Shown piece after piece: positions 62,915-64,000 of a DNA stretch of 64,000 bases. The stretch lies in NCBI RefSeq assembly GCF_018977255.1, contig NW_024704742.1, positions 109,866,001-109,930,000 of the forward strand, in the 5' to 3' direction. The DNA is from Callorhinchus milii. Its lineage: Eukaryota. The translations under genes and the position numbers were made by a program. Every line of letters starts with the position of its first letter. Position 1 is the first letter of the stretch. Below the pieces are notes generated by a model. That model saw nothing but the letters and a program-made list of their open reading frames with translations, was not told the origin of the DNA and ran no database searches.

Positions 62915-63936
62915 GGGAGCTTTTTCTAGCTATTAGCCATTGCTAATATTGTAATGTTCCCCATTGAGCTGTATACCACTGTGTTCAGTTTATTACTTTG
63001 ATGTCAGTAGCAGTAGTGTAAGATAACCCAGCATTTTATACCTTTACATGATGTTTTACTCTGGAACAGTGAGCCGTTAGGGTTCATTTGTTGCAAACAA
63101 TTTCCTCATTTGACTAAGACACAGTTTTTTTTTATAGTCAGGGCTTAGTTTGTGATTTAAATTACTGAAATCAGAGTGTATTTCCTTGCTTGAATGCTCA
63201 CACAGTTATACCTCTGAAAGCTGTTCTACAGGCTTATACTTTGTTAGGACTACTGCAGTTGATAGCAGGTGTGCAATGCACTCTGCATTCTTTTCCCATG
63301 CTTCAACTGCAAAGCCCTTAACACCAAAGGTTTATTTTCTCTGTGTTTCAAATCTAGTGGCCAGCTGATAATGAAGATCCAACTTACCATGTCATTAACT
63401 TTCCCTACAACTAATTAGCTGATCAACAAAATATACTGTGAGATGTTGACAGGAGCACACAAGTGCATATTTCAATTGTATGTAAAATGCTATTGTGTCA
63501 GCTAAAATGGAATGAAGAGGTAATAGATGCCAGATTTTACATTACACTGGAAAAATACCCCAAATTCAGTAAACTCTTGTACATGTTGTCATGAAACGTA
63601 CCGCATTTCTATATCCAATGTACCTCTAACACAAGGAAATATTATTAATTTTGAAGGTTGGTGGGGAAACATTATTTTAATGCAATCAATGCATCAAATA
63701 ATATTAGTTAATTTCATAATTTTTACTACATTTTGATTTTAGTTTCCCCAATCTCTGAACTAATCTTTAAATGAATGCAGGCAACTTGCTCTCATATTTC
63801 TACCAGTGAAATTGTACGAGAAGCAATTGTACGAGTAGGTGTTTGAGAATTACCTGGGTCACCATGTTCTCCACTTATACCTTCCTTCTCTTCCTGATAG
63901 TAAAGCAGGATTGTTATAAACACCCTGGTTAGAATT

Positions 63937-64000
63937 GTGGAGTCCTGTAGCTCAGTGGTTAGAGCACTCGCCTTGCAAGCGAGACACCTGGGTTCATTTC
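63937..64000 (+). mobile_element. 5' tRNA(Ala)-like head of the SINE, running off the window end
   Basis: TAGCTCAGTGGTTAGAGCACTCGCCTTGCAAGCGAGACACCTGGGTTC matches the heads at 45915 and 51496; TGC in the anticodon-like loop. Confidence 0.85.

Noticed and set aside
63937..64000. tRNA-Ala gene
   Set aside because: Matches SINE heads elsewhere in the window that continue into SINE bodies; no acceptor stem is evident.
56569..64000. Final FAM172A coding exon
   Set aside because: No sequence encoding a HELTSW-like peptide was found; it presumably lies downstream of the window.

Overview
AT-rich vertebrate DNA, most likely from a cartilaginous fish (inferred from the DeuSINE, L2 and CR1 repeat landscape). 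The whole window lies inside FAM172A (ARB2A) on the + strand. Three internal coding exons (170-289, 37908-38024, 56484-56568) are separated by introns of about 37.6 kb and 18.5 kb; the last coding exon was not found in the window. The introns contain L2 and CR1 LINE remnants, a tRNA-derived SINE with an (ATT)n tail, older DeuSINEs, many very short L2-tail-only insertions, a probable solo LTR, and a fold-back repeat with hammerhead-like remnants. The most unusual observation is a structured repeat family of roughly 450-550 nt ('family X', 8-9 copies) with no tRNA head. It shares its 3' end with a degraded reverse transcriptase element at about 6820-7920 that is neither CR1 nor L2, making a candidate LINE / non-autonomous partner pair. 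Several repeat-free stretches are candidate conserved enhancers. Repeat boundaries were read by eye and are approximate (about +/-10-20 nt); no database search was run.
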